From positions 53,630,001 to 53,694,000 of the forward strand of contig OZ336878.1 in assembly GCA_965287045.1 (NCBI GenBank): DNA of 64,000 nucleotides, written 5' to 3'. This DNA is from Carcharhinus amblyrhynchos (lineage: Eukaryota). Both the position numbers and the translations under genes were made by a program. This document shows, piece after piece, positions 50,990 to 64,000 of the stretch. Each line of letters begins with the position of its first letter. Position 1 is the first letter of the stretch. The notes under the pieces were generated by a model. That model did no database searches and was not told where the DNA came from. It worked only from the letters and a program-made list of their open reading frames with translations.

Positions 50990-51545
50990 ATGTCTTTTGA
51001 ACCTCTATTGCCCCTTCCATTGCAGTTCTTAACACAACTATTCCAAAGCTCTCTTGACAAGCCTCCGACATTCTACTCTCTGCTAACTTGAGGCCATCCA
51101 AAATTCTCCTTATTCACAGCAAATTCCAATTACCTATCATCCCTAAGTTTGCTGACCTACATCGATTCTCAGTTAAGCAAAGACTTGATTTAAAAATTCT
51201 CATTCTTGTTTACAATTCCCTTCATGGCTGGGCCCCTCCCTATCTCTGGAATCTCCTCCAGCCCTACAAACCTCTGAGATATCTGTTCTCATCTAATTGT
51301 GGGCTCTTGAGCATCCTAATTTTAATTGCTCCATTGGTGGTCAGGCCTAAGCTCTAAACTTAGATCCTAAATCTCACTGTCTCTGTTTTTTAAAGAACTC
51401 TTTAAAATTTTCCTCTCCGACCAAGCTTTTGGCTACCTGCCTTAGTGTCACATTATGTGGCTCAGTGTCAAATATTGTTTTATAATAATTCTGTGAAATG
51501 AATTGGAATGCTTTATTAGTTGAAAGGATCTGTGCAAATGCAAAC
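50990..51545 (+). mobile_element. L2 LINE 3' end
   Basis: ORF 51088 PIIPKFADLHRFSVKQRLDLKILILVYNSLHGWAPPYL..LRYLFSS (L2 ORF2 C-terminus). Confidence 0.85.
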
Positions 51546-51944
51546 AATCAGATATTAAAACTTTGTTCAGTGGAAGCCAACAAGATTCTTTAACTGATGG
51601 GTGAGGGTGGGAGAGATGTGGAGCAGAGGGAAAACACTACTGTATGACATGTTTGTGAGGGAGGAAGAAGCCAGCATGGACATCATACAAAACGCTCAGA
51701 GGATACAGATTGTACATCTCCACTTCTACTGCAACCATTAATATTGGGTTCATTGAGTACATCTGCATACCATGGAAATGAAGAAAATGTTTCAACCAAA
51801 AATAAAAGAGAAAACGCGCAGAACAAAAAATTTACTGTACATAACTAAAATAATTTTTTGATCAGTGTAGTGAGGTTGTTGTGTAACTTTAACATGATAT
51901 CACTTTATTTAATGGGTCATATGATGAGACCCTCATCATACTCC

Positions 51945-54353
51945 CTGTTCCTTGAACAGTATGTAATGGAACCTACGAGGGAGCGAGCTATCTTAGATCT
52001 GGTACTGTGTAACGAGGCAGGTAGAATTAGTGATCTTCTTGTGAGGGATCCTCTTGGGATGAGTAATCATAATATGGTTGAATTTCTGATGCAGATGGAG
52101 GATGAGAAAGTAGGGTCCCAAACCTGTGTCCTCTGTTTGAACAGAGGGGAATATGATAAGATGAGGGCAGAATTGGCGAATGTAGATTGGGGGCGCAGAT
52201 TGGTTGGTAGGATGGCTGAAGAACAGTGGAGGATTTTTAAGGAGATCTTTTTCGGTACTCAGCAGAAATATATTCCGATGGTAAAGAAGGACTGTAAAAG
52301 AAGAGGTAACCAGCTGTGGTTATTGGAGGAAATAAAGGAGAGTATTAAATTAAAAGCTGATGCATTCAGAGTGGCTAAAAATAGTGGGCAATTTGAAGAT
52401 TGGGAGAGATTTAAAAAACAACAAAGAATGACTAAGAAAGCAATAAAGAAAGGAAAGATAGAGTATGAAGCTAAACTAGCTCTAAATATAAAAAATGACA
52501 GTAAAAGTTTTTACAAATACATAAAGAAGACGACACTGGCTCGAGTGAATGTTGGACCCTTGGAGGACGAGAGGGGGGATTTAGCAGTGGGTAACGAGGA
52601 AATGGCTAAGGCTTTAAATAAAATGTGTTGGGACTTCACAGAGGAGGACACAAATAGCTTGCCAAATATTAAAGATAGAGGGATGGTAGGAGATGAGGTT
52701 CTTAATGCAGTTACTGTCGCTAGAGAGGTAGTGCTTGATAGACTAACGGGACTGAAGGTAGACAAGTCCCCGGGACTGGATGAAATGCATTCAGGGTTCT
52801 GAAAGAAATGGCAGAGGTGATAGCAGATACCTCAGTAATTATTTATCAAAATTCGCTGGACTCTGGGGAGGTGCCAGAAGATTGGAAAACGGCTAATGTT
52901 ACGCCACTGTTTAAAAAAGGTAGCAGACAAAAGGCAGGGAATTATAGGCTGGTTAGCTTAACGTCCATAGTTGGAAAAATGCTAGAATCCATCATCAAAT
53001 AAGAAATAGCAAGACACCTAGAAAAGAACGGTTTGATCAAGCAGACACAGCACGGATTTGTGAAGGGGAAGTCGTGTTTAACGAATTTATTGGATTTCTA
53101 TGCGGATGTGACTAGTGCGGTAGACAGAGGGGAACTGGTGGATTTGGTGTTTATAGATCTCCAGGAGGCATTTGATAAGGTGCCTCACAAAAGGTTGCTG
53201 CAAAAGGTTAGCGTGCATGGAGATGGGAGTAAGGTGTTGGCGTGGATTGAGGATTGGTTGTCCAACAGGAAGCAGAGAGTTGGAATCAATGGGTGCTTTT
53301 CTGGTTGGTAGTTGGTGACTAGTGGAGTGCCGCAGGGATCGGTGCTGGGGCCTCAACTATTTACCATTTACATAGACGATCTGGAGGAGGGGGCTGAGTG
53401 TAGGTTAACAAAATTCGCGTTGACACGAAGATGAGTGGAAAAGCAAATTGCGTGGAAGGCGCAGAAAATCTGCAAAGAGATCTGGATAGGCTGCTTGAGT
53501 GGGCGAGGACCTGGCAGATGGAGTATAACATTAGCAAATGTGAGGTTATCCATTTTGGTTGAAATAATAGTAGGAGGGATTATTATTTAAAGGGTGAAAA
53601 GCTGCAGCATGCTACAGTGCAGAGGCTCCTGGGGGTCCTTGTGCACGAATCGCAAAAACCCAGTCTGCAGGTGCAGCAGGTGATCAAGAAGGGGAATGGA
53701 ATGTGGGCCTTTATAGCGAGGGGGATAGAATATAAAAGCAAGGAGGTCTTGCTGCAACTGTACAGGGTACTGGTGAGGCAGCAACTGGAGTACTGTGTGC
53801 AGTTTTGGTCCCTGCATTTGCAAAAGGATATATCGGCCTTGGAGGGAGTGCAGAGAAGGTTCACCAGGCTGATACTGGAGATGAGGGAGTTAGCTTATGA
53901 AGAGAGATTGAATAGACTGGGCCTGTACTCGTAGAGTTTAGAAGGCTGAGGGGGGATCTTATAGAGACTTACAAGATAATGAAGGGGCTAGATAGGGTAT
54001 GGGTAGAGAGATTCTTCCAGCTTAGAAAGGATAGCAGAACTAGAGGGCACAGCCTCAAAATAAGGGGGGGGGGGTGCAGTTTAGATCAGAGTTGAGGAGG
54101 AACTTCTTCACTCAAAGGGTGGTGAATCTCTGGAATTCTCTGTCCATTGAAATGGTGGAGGCTGCCTCGCTAAATATTTTAAGTCATGGGTAGATAGATT
54201 TCTGACAGACAAGGGAATTAAGGGTTATGGGGAGAAAGTGGGAAAGTGGAACTGATCCACTTCAGATCAGCCATGATCTTATTGAATGGCGGGGCAGGCT
54301 CGAGGTGCTAGATAGCCTACTCCTGTTCCTATTTCTTATGTTCTTATGTTCTA
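51945..54353 (+). mobile_element. CR1 family A LINE, ~2.4 kb (end of endonuclease, RT, 3'UTR), disrupted ORF2
   Basis: [61 protein letters not shown]; TTCTTATG tail. Confidence 0.97.
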
Positions 54354-54364
54354 TTGATGTCAGA

Positions 54365-55990
54365 GAGTCATTGAGATATTCAGTGCACAAAAGACCTTTT
54401 AACTACCACTAAAGTCACATTAAACATATTTTCCAACATTTGTCCCATATCCTTGAATGTTGTGATATGTCAAGTGCTCATCAAATACTTTTTGAAGGTT
54501 ATAAGGTTTTCGACCTCCTTCCTAAGCAGTGTACTCCAGATTCTCACCAACCTTGGAGTGACTTTTTTTCAAATTCCCTCTGAATCTCCTGTCTCCCAAC
54601 CTAAAACAATGCCCTCATGTGATCAACCCTTGAACTAAGGAGAATAGCTGCTTCCTATTCACCCTGTCCATACCTCTCATAATCTTATACACTTCAATCA
54701 TATTACCCCTTATCTTTCTGGGCTCTAAACAATCTAAGCCTATCCAATCTCTCCTTATAGCTCAAATGCACCATCCCAGGCAACATCCTGCTGAATCTCC
54801 TTTGTATCCCCTCTAGTGCAATCACATCCTTCCTATAATGAGGTGATAGGAACTGCACATAGTACTCCAACTGTGGCCTAACCAATGTTCTGTACATCTC
54901 TAACTTAACTTCCTTTCTGTTATACGCTATGCCACAACTGATAAAAGTAAGTGTCCCATATGCCTTCCTACCTACCCTATTCATCTGCTTTTCTGCCTTC
55001 ATGGGTCTGTGAATATGTGCCCCAAGATCCTTCTTCTTTTTCACTATTAGCCACTCCACCAATCTTGGTGTCATCTGCAAGCTTGCTTATCATTCCTCTC
55101 ACATTCTCATCTATGTCATTTCTGTATATAACAAACAATGAGGGACCTAGTTCTATGATATGCCACTGGATACCGACCTCCTGTCATTTAAACAGCCTTC
55201 TGCCACCACCCGTTATGTCATATTATGAACTTAGTTTTGGATCTATCATACCAAGTTTTCCTGAATTCCATGTGTTTCAACCTTCACAATCAGTTTCCCA
55301 TTTGGAACCTTGTCAAAGGCTTTGCTAGAATCCACACAGGCTACATCAACTGCACTTCCGTCATTCACACGATCAACCACATTTTTGAAAAGATGCTGTC
55401 AAATTTGCCCAGCATGACCTCCCTCTGACAAAGCCATGCTAACTATCTCTAATCGACCCATGCCTTTCCAAATGGAGATTAATTCTCTCCTTCAGAATTT
55501 TCTCCAACAGTTTCCCTATCACTGTCTACAATTTCCTGGTTCGTCTCTACTACCCTTTTTGAAAAGTGGGACCAAATTAGCCATCTTCCGTCCTCTGGCA
55601 CTTTCCCTGCGGCCAAAGTGGAATTAAAAATTTGTGTCAGAGACCCTGCACTTTCCTGCCTCACCCACCTCCCACAGCAGCCTGGGATGCAATTCATCCG
55701 GGCCTGGGAATTTGTCCATTTTTAAGCCTGTCAGAGCTTCCAACACCTCCTCATTTCCTATGTCAAACTGCTCAAGATCCTCATAATCCCTTTTCCTGAA
55801 TTCTGTACCTATGTTCTCCTTTTCCTGAGTGAAGCTTGATGAGAATTATTGATTTAACAATCCTGCAACTTCACACACAGATTATCCCCTTTGTCTCTAA
55901 TGGGCCCTACTCTTTCCTTGGTTAACTCTTCTCCTTAATGTATGTATAGAATACATTAGGCTTTCCCCTAATCTTGCTTGCGAGTCCTTT
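54365..55990 (-). mobile_element. Older CR1 LINE with RT remnants
   Basis: ORF 54703-55080(-) LVRPQLEYYVQFLSPHYRKD; GKVPED; GPDELHP region at ~55690. Confidence 0.9.
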
Positions 55991-57014
55991 TCATACCCAT
56001 TTTGGATATTTTGACCAGTCATTGGGGTAGGTTTTGACTGTGGACAGGTTGGGCTCGCCAACAGGAACAATGTGGCCACAAGCTGCCACATAGTTTTGAG
56101 AAAGTGCCAGCAGGCTGTGTGAGAAGAAAAACAAACAGCACTGGTGCCGGCCATCCACTGAGCTGGAAGAAGGGGGTGGGGGTGTGGGGGGTGTTGGAGC
56201 AGTAGTGGGCTAGATAGTTTTGTGAAGCCTGAAAGAGCATGTCTACTCTTCCTCAAAAAGCCCCACAAAATAATTGAAAACTTACATGCTGGGTTTCTCT
56301 TCTGTTAAGTTGCCATGAGCTGATACTGTGAGGAATTTGCACAGTGCATGCTTCATCCAGTACTGTCATAAAATGGCTGCCAGAGTGCTGCATGTATCAT
56401 AACATCCTTATTTGCACACTAAAACGGCTTACAGTCTGATTCAATCAGCACTGGCTGTCCAGTGGTTGGCCTTTCCAAAGTTGCTGTCAGCTGAATTGGC
56501 AGCAGGATCATGTGACATGCTTTTCCTCACCACAATTGGAATGCTACCATTCTATTTATGCCCAAGATTGTGAATACAAATCTACCCTGCTAGCTTTAGT
56601 AATATACAGCTATATGGAGAAACTGAGAAATGCAATTTACAGTTTAATTGTAATAATTTGCAGAACCATATTGTTGTGTTCAATAATATATCAAACCAAA
56701 GATGAAGGACTTGTACAGCAGGTTGATCAGAAAGACTGGCTAACATTTTGGATGTGATCCCTTATTGGAACTGGCGTGTTGTTCTCCTGGGGTTAGCTGA
56801 AAACTATGCCAGAAATAGCTGAAATAAATCTTTGAGAATTGAAATCACTTGGTGATATGTATTGTTATTTGTGGTAGGCTCGCTTTTGATTTATATGAAG
56901 ATATTATTTTAGGTCAGTTCTTGTATCTGTAGTAACACTGTGCATATGGGTATAACCTAACACATTAATGGAGTAGCATCGCTTCCTGGTTGTGCATTTG
57001 ACTTGTGAATAGTT

Positions 57015-57115
57015 TTTGATGAAAGGTAATCAACCTGAAGCATTAACTCTGTTGCTCTTTCCATGGATGTTATCTGATCTGATGAGTATTTCCAGCATTT
57101 TCTGTTTTTATTTGC
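57015..57115 (+). mobile_element. Solo PLE pseudo-LTR remnant with degenerate hammerhead
   Basis: TTGATGA-AAGGT(AATCA)ACCT-GAAGC followed by gatg..ctgatctgatgagtatttccagcattttctgtttttattt. Confidence 0.6.
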
Positions 57116-57299
57116 AACTGAATGCAGTTACCTATTCATGTCTCCCTATTATCTGTAACAAACACATTTGTTTCATGGGCTGCTGTGCATCAAACAGAGT
57201 GGGTTACTTTCTATTAATACAACTCATTTTAATCCAAAACGTACAATAGCAACAATCTGGACAAATTAATGAACAAAAAGAAAACTTTGTTGGACTGCT

Positions 57300-59497
57300 C
57301 AGCTAAGTATTACATCTGATTCTGGGCAGCACAACTTAGGAAGAGAGCCATGGCCTCAGAAAGGGTGCAGAGATTTACAAGAATATTAGCAGGGGATGTG
57401 GAATTTCAGTTATGAGTTAAGGCTCATGAAAATGTGATTGCTCTCCTTACAGCAGAGAAAGGCAAGGAGGATTTAACAGGGATGTTCATAATTCTGAAGG
57501 AGAAATTGATAGAGTGCATTGGGAAAGCTGTTTCCAGAAGCAGTGGATTGGTAACCAGAGGATATTAATTTAAGATAATTGGAAAAAGAAATAAGAGGGG
57601 AGATGAAGAGAGATTTTTTTGCACAGTGATTTATTATGGCCTGGAACGTGTGTCTGAAAGGGAAAACATTCAATAGTAACTTCCAAAGAAGAATTAGGTA
57701 TACACTTGAAACATTTGCAGGGCTACTGGGAAAATGTATGAGAGTGATGTACTTTGGTACGAACAACAAGGAGAAATGATACAAAATAGAGGGTACAATT
57801 CTAAAAGGGATGCAGGAGCAGACAGATCTGGAAGTATGTGTGCATAAGTCGTTAAAGCTGGCAGGATAGGTTATGAAAGTAAGGCTTTATAAATCGAGCC
57901 AAGTTATGGTGAACGGTTACAAAACTCTTGTTCAGCCTTAAGTCAAATATTGGGGGGAATTTATTGGTCCCCCGGAGGTGTTCAGAGACAGGTGCGTTCA
58001 GAGGCAGGCTTGTGTGCAGCCTTCCCAGAGGCCATTTGAAGCTTTGCCATTCCTGGTATTCAACCAATGGCAGCCAGGAGACTTGCTATCTGGGGAGGCC
58101 AGCCAGCAAAACCTGACAGCAACTTTCAGGCAGCTGATTGTTGCCCTACTGGTCCTTAGTTAGCGGGAGACTCAACACTGTCTACATAAGCGCCTGCTTG
58201 CTTTGAAAGATCGTTGGATGGCTAGTGGAAGGGCATGTGGGACTCCCACCAGTTTTGCAACCAGTGATTGGGACACCCATCACCAGAACTAAATTCTGCC
58301 CATTGGGAAATGTTATGCCCTTATTTCTGGGTGTTTGGAAATGGGGAGGGTATTTATTCAGACAAGGAGATAGAGTGCAAGCACCTCACCACTTCTTACC
58401 TCTGCCAAGATTAAGCCCAGGGCTGGAAAGCCTGTGGTCAGACTTTCTCTAAACTACCAATTGAGGCATTAAGTGGCCACTTTATGACCACTTTGAGGCC
58501 TCATCCTACCACTGCTGTTGCTGAGCCTGTTGTCATGCAGCATACACAAGCAGATTGATTGTGGTTTCCTGGAGGGGCGAAGGGACCTCTTTCAAAGGCA
58601 TTCAGTACTAATGTGGCATGAAGAAGGAGGGATTGCCAGCTGGGAGTCACCCCCGTGTCCTTGCTACCAATTCCCTCTCCTCCTCCGCCATGACCCATTC
58701 TCTACCAGGCAAAACCCAACCCATCAAGGTTTATCTCCTCAATCTTGGATCTCCAGTGACTGTCCTTCTGGCAACAGCTAAAGAACTGCAGGTTGCTGAT
58801 TGGTTGGCAGCCCTCAAGAGTTGGAACCTCCTCCCCAACTGTCCTTCATCCTGGGAGAGGTCTGCTGATTGTCACTTATGCGCCTGGGAAGCACTTAATA
58901 CCAATGGGCCTTGTAAGAGGAGGTAAAGTGGGTCTTTCACCAGTTCATCAGCTTGCAGTCAAGATCCCAGACACTTTCATAAAATGCTCCCCATTGTGTC
59001 CAATCCAGGCCACCACATTTTAAGAAGTATGTGAAAACATTGGAGAGGTTACAGAAACTATTTACAAGAATAGTTCCAGGGATGAGGGGTGCACTTATGT
59101 GGAGAAATGGAGGTGTTCTTCTGTGAAGTGATTAGATAGAGGTATTCAAAATCATAAGGAGTCTGGACAATGCAGATAGAGAGAAACAAGTTGGCAGAAG
59201 GGTCAAGAATCAGACAACAATGATTTAAGGTGAGTGGCAAATGAACCAAAGATAATGTGAGGAAAATGCTGTTTTGCAGCACACAGTTGAGATCTGGAAT
59301 GCCCTTCCTTAGGAGTGGGATGGAGGCAAATTCAATTTTGGCTTTCAAAAGAGAATTGGATAATTATTTGAAGAGAAGTAAAATTGTGGGGCTAAGGGTG
59401 GGGGACTGGGCCTAACTGAGTTGATCACATAGAGATAAAGCATGACATGAAGGGCCAAATGGCCTCCATCTGTGCTGTAACCATTCTATGATTCTAA
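57300..59497 (+). mobile_element. Two old CR1 3' fragments, the second interrupted by MITEs
   Basis: CR1 motifs at 57300-57760 and 57760-57951/58993-59497; tail TTCTATGATTCTA. Confidence 0.75.
57952..58992. mobile_element. Two abutting Harbinger-type MITEs (57952-58301, 58305-58992)
   Basis: GGGGGGAATTTA/TAAATTCTGCCC and GGGAAATGTTATG/CATAAAATGCTCCCC termini; ATT at 57949, 58302, 58993. Confidence 0.7.
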
Positions 59498-59902
59498 TTG
59501 GATAGATTTTTCAAAGAGGAGAAATGGATCAACCGGCCTATTTGAATGCTGCATTTGTCTATAATCCTTCACTTTAAAATGAAAAGTATTCCAATTTTGG
59601 TGAGAGTACTGTCACCTGAATGATACAGAACTGGTAGCACTTTGGCAAAGGTTATATTTATCCAATTTCTTAGTCTCCAGTAGCCAAGTCTTTGCCAGCA
59701 TTATTGCCCATATATGACAGATCTTAGATTTTAAAGAATGGTTAAGGTGGAGGCCATGTCATCCAACATAGATTCAAAATTTGTTCCATTGTATTTTTTC
59801 TCCTAAGTATTCTACTAGTATCTGAGTGTAAAAATGTAAGATGAGACATTTTAGAAGAAAAACTCTTCAACTTTCTTGCCAATGGAGATTTTGGATACTT
59901 AC

Positions 59903-60043
59903 TCTGCAAAGGTGGTCCAGTGATATCACTGATGGTGAGAAGCTGCATGGGGACGGCTCCAGATCTCTTTCATCCAAGAAAGGTATACAACTGACAAGAG
60001 AATATAGGACATTTTCCAAGTCATAGGTATCTTCAGAGCAGTG
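59903..60043 (-). CDS. Probable internal coding exon of an unidentified host gene (47 aa, phase 0-0)
   Basis: Acceptor CCTGTTTTGGTCTCCTATACTTCAG, donor AGA|GTAAGT; 141 nt with only one open frame: HCSEDTYDLENVLYSLVSCIPFLDERDLEPSPCSFSPSVISLDHLCR; non-repeat context. Confidence 0.7.
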
Positions 60044-60569
60044 CTGAAGTATAGGAGACCAAAACAGGTAGGTTTTCTGTTTTAGTAATGTTTTGCCAAA
60101 ATAGCAGATAGACCATTTCCATATAAGTTGGTCAATGTTCAAAATGTAATGGAGTTTAACAGAGAATTGTGGAATTTAATGTGTACAGCAATAGATTGCT
60201 GATAATCGGAGAGCATTGCACGTTTGGATCAGGATTTCAGTCTTAAATGTTATGCTTGGATAAGGAAGTCAGTACAGTGGGATATGGCTTAGACCACCAA
60301 AATTCTAACCTTGGTTTAGTTTTTTTCTTGGATCAGGTTTGTGATTCATTGAAGCAATACAAACTCTGTTCCTAATACTATCAGTTATTTATTAGTTTAA
60401 AAGGAGAGTGCCATTCTAGTTTGAAAAAGTATTATTAATATAACATGCTCTTTTCCATCAGGAGCTTTAAGCTATTCAGAAAGTTTCTTTCCTTTGAAAG
60501 GTATTTTGAGTTATGCCATTCCAAATGCAGTCTCAAAGATGTTTGCCCAGACCAGATCTTTCTGCCAGA

Positions 60570-61985
60570 AGCCAATGCTCAGTTTGGGTTCTGCCAGGAC
60601 CACTCTTAGCTCTAGACCTCATTATAGTTTTAGTCTAAACAGCTAAATTCCAGAATGAAATGAGTAACAGTCCTTGACATCAAAGCAGCATTTGACTGCA
60701 GATGGCATCAAAATTCCCCAATAATATTGAAGTCAATCGTAATCAGGGAAAAAACTGTCTGCTGAAAGAAGTCATTTCTAGCACAGGAAGATGGTCATGG
60801 CTATTGGAGGCCAAGTATCTCAGCCTCAGAATTGCTGTAGGTGTTTCTCTGGCCCAATCATCTTAAACTGCTTCATCAATGTGCATCTCTGCATCGTTAT
60901 GTCAAAAGTAGGAAATTTTCTGATGATTGCAGGGTTCTCAATTCAATTTATAACTCCCCAAAAAATGCAGCAGTTTGTGTCCACATGTGGTTGCATGGCT
61001 CTGTTAAGAGGGCATTCCATAAGGGCCATGTGGTCAGGCTAGGCCCTATGTAGTGTTAAGGCGGGAAACTGAGCCAATTGAGAACTAGGGCATGTCTCCT
61101 GGGTCGGGAGAGGATCCTCACTTGGAGCCAGGAAAGAGTAGTGTACAGTGGTATAGCTATTTTTTCTGACCCTGTTGTACATGCAGTTATTTGTTCATTG
61201 GCAATAAAGCCTTTTGTTCTTTAACCTCATTGAATCACCCTTGATTTATTACCGCAGAACAATAACGTTTAAGTTTGGGCAGATAAGTGGCAAATAACAC
61301 TAATGTTACACACGCGCCAGCCAATGTTTAACTCCAACAAAAGAGAATCTAACCATTTTCCCTTGATGTTCAACAACATTACCATCGCTCATTGCTGTAT
61401 CTCCCACCATCACCACCATCAACATTTGGAGGTGAAGGAGGGGGCAGGGGAGTCACCATTTGCCAAATACTTAACTGATACAACAACCATGGCTATAAGA
61501 TCAGGTCAGAGAATGGGTGTTTTGTAACAGCTGTCTCCCCAAAGCCTTTCTACCATCTACAAATTAGAAGTGTGATGGAATACTCTCCATTTGTGTGGAT
61601 GAGTGCAGCTCCAGTAAAACTCAAGAAGCGCAACACCATCCAGTACCCTCATCCACCAACTTAAACATTCACTTCCTCCAAAACTGGCTGGTAGATGCAC
61701 TGTAGCAACTCATCAAAGCTTCTTCAATGGCAACACCCAAACCTTCGGCCTCTACCAACTGGAAGAACAAAGGTGCAGATACTTGGCCAGATCATCACCT
61801 TCAAGTTCCTCTTCAAGTCACACGCTGTCCTGGCTTGGAAATATGTCACTGTTCATTCATCGTCACTGGGTAAAAATCCTGGGTGTTATTACACAGACTG
61901 CAATATTTCAGGAAAATGGACCACCACTACCTTCTCACGGTCAGTTTGGGATGGGCAATAATTGCTGGCCTTGTCAGTGATGATG
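60570..61985 (+). mobile_element. Crack/Daphne-like LINE 3' portion with LTR inserted
   Basis: WADKWQ, SVMEYSPFVWMSAAP, MHCSNSSKLLQ; tail GGGATGGGCAATAATTGCTGGCC. Confidence 0.75.
60986..61261 (+). mobile_element. Solo LTR
   Basis: TG...CA bounded insert with AATAAA at 61203 interrupting the LINE frame. Confidence 0.6.
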
Positions 61986-63099
61986 ACAAAGGAGAACAAC
62001 TAACAGGAGAATTTATAACAGAGAACAAGAAAATTGTAAAACAGTTAAACAACTATTTTAGTTCTGCCTTAAAGGAAGAAGAAATAAATAATTTCCCAGA
62101 AATGCTAAGGAACCAGGGGTCTAGTGAGGTGGAGGAATTGTAGGAAATTGGTATTACTAAAAAAAAAGGAATTACAATTTGCCATCCAGTCTTAGGAGCT
62201 TTTTAGCATTCTTTTATAGATACTGACTGAGTTGCAGGATCTGCAGCATGGCTGGAATATGCCTTAGCTGAATTGCATTCTCAGGTTCCATACACTTCAT
62301 TAGTAAATGCCAGCAAAACTAAAATATTACACACAGGTACTAATACAAGATTTGCATTTATGTTTGTGAAAGAAAAGGTGTAACTGATGGTTGAGGCTGG
62401 TCTACAGTGAGTATAAAACTATTAAAAGGCACTACATCAGGCTCCATCATTGTGAGCCAGTAACTCGGTCACTTGCTCTTTACAATGTGCACAAGGCAAT
62501 TTTCTTATCTTAATTCATTAACATAAATATACAACATGTTGGAGGCTAATTGTAAGGTTTCTTCTATTTACATTATTTAATGAGAGATCAACAAACTCTC
62601 TAAATTGTTGAGGTAATGTGTATGGACTTGTGACTGAAGTATGCAGTGGGTGTTTAAGTCTGGAGACTTCTGTTTCCACTCAGTGGGAATAAATATAGGT
62701 ACTTGTGAAACCAGGATTCATTCAAATTTACTTTTGTTTTCAGTAGATGTGAGATAATGTGCCCAAATCATACAATCATAGAATTGTTACAACGCAGCAG
62801 AAGGCCATTTGGCCCTTCTGCTCTCTGAATGAGCAATTCCCTTAGTGCCATTCTCCCACCCTGTAATCCTGCACATTCTTCTTTTCCTGACTGCATCTTA
62901 ATTTGCTTTGGAATACTTCAATTGAACCTGCCTCCACCACACTCTTGGACAGTGCAGTCCAGACCTTAATCACTCGCTGAATGGTAGCATACTTCCTGAG
63001 GCTAGTAGATCAGCACGCACTTCTGGGATTGTCTCATTCTCCTGTCCACACAAATCTGTCAAAGGTCAATAGTATGATTCGACAGGAGTCATTCAGGCA

Positions 63100-63520
63100 A
63101 GGTGGGCATAAGGACAAAGAGGGAAAAAGGATGCTGGCACCAAGAGGATTGAAACAAAGAGATACAAATAGAAAAGTAAAGGGAGAGGAAGCTATTTTGA
63201 GGTACAGGAAAATAGATAGAATCAGAGATATAGAATAGGAATTGAAGGCAGAGAGAGAAAGAGTGAAATGATGAGGCAGGGGAAAGTCAAGACAGAGATA
63301 TGGGAACAAAACAGAAAGAGATGAATAGAAACATAAAAGGGAAAGTGAGATAGAAACTGGAATAGAAGGCAGGGAAATGTGAGTTAAAAAAAGAAATAAA
63401 GAGGTGAGAGAAAAATAGTGGGATAGGAGATAAAAGATATAGAAAGGTAGGAGGTACAGAGGAAGACAAAGTGAGCTGACTAGAGCCATAGAGAGGTGTA
63501 CAGAGGATAGTGGAAAAAAT
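63100..63520. repeat. Purine-rich (GA) low-complexity tract
   Basis: Strong A/G bias, degenerate AGAGA/GATAG units. Confidence 0.8.
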
Positions 63521-63609
63521 AGGTAATGGTTTTTAAAGAATTTGCAGTTTACAGTACCTTTCTAGTCCTCAGGAGGTTCCAAAGCATTTCACAACCAAAT
63601 TAATTAACG

Positions 63610-64000
63610 TAAGATATAGGGGCAGGAGTTGTCCATTCAGCTCCTCGAGCCTGCACTATCATCCAATATGATCTACTTTACCTCCACTTTCCTGCCAAGT
63701 CCCCATATCCTTCAATTACCTGAGACAGTAAAAATCTATTGGTCCCAGACAGCAGCCAAACACTGTTGAGCGAAAATTTCAAAGATACATAATGCACTGT
63801 GTAAAGAAATTTCTCCTCAGTCTTTGATGATCGAGCCCATATCCTGAAATGGTGCTCCCATGTTCTAGACTTCCCAGCTGGGGAATAAAAATCTCTCAGT
63901 GTCTACCCCTTCAAAATTGTATATGTTTCAATGAGATCATCACTCATTCTCCTAAAGTCCCGAGAGTATAAATTCAATTTATTCCAATTGTCAGCATAGA
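63610..64000 (-). mobile_element. CR1 3' fragment, cut by window edge
   Basis: taagatataggggcaggagttgtccattcagctcctcgagcctgcac... Confidence 0.85.

Noticed and set aside
51858-52802. 314-aa ORF as host gene
   Set aside because: It is CR1 ORF2 (endonuclease end and tether), followed by frameshifts
63034-63489. 151-aa hydrophobic membrane-like ORF
   Set aside because: Artefact of the pyrimidine-rich strand of a GA low-complexity tract
1-64000. Prokaryotic defence system, operon or CRISPR array
   Set aside because: Sequence is vertebrate repeat-rich DNA; no regularly spaced repeat-spacer array or gene-dense ORF organisation

Overview
Vertebrate nuclear DNA, almost certainly a cartilaginous fish (shark): it carries HE1-type V-SINEs, a SacSINE1/DeuSINE remnant and abundant CR1 LINEs with (TTCTTATG)n tails. 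No prokaryotic genes, operons or CRISPR arrays are present, and nearly all listed ORFs are transposon fragments or noise. The window looks like a large intron or gene-poor region dominated by decayed retroelements: CR1 (several families, some young), a second CR1/L2-group LINE with a partner SINE, L2, Rex1/Babar, Gypsy LTR elements, two Penelope-like element (PLE) families and Harbinger-type MITEs. One good host exon candidate (141 bp, minus strand, 59903-60043) could not be assigned to a gene. The most interesting structures are (i) a four-level nest, Gypsy < palindromic PLE-terminus element < Penelope < CR1, (ii) two independent families of short fold-back palindromes made from PLE termini, one with back-to-back hammerhead ribozyme cores, and (iii) a 54-bp template-switch hairpin inside a CR1 3' end. 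Family names come from recalled consensus motifs, not database searches; boundaries of old elements are approximate.
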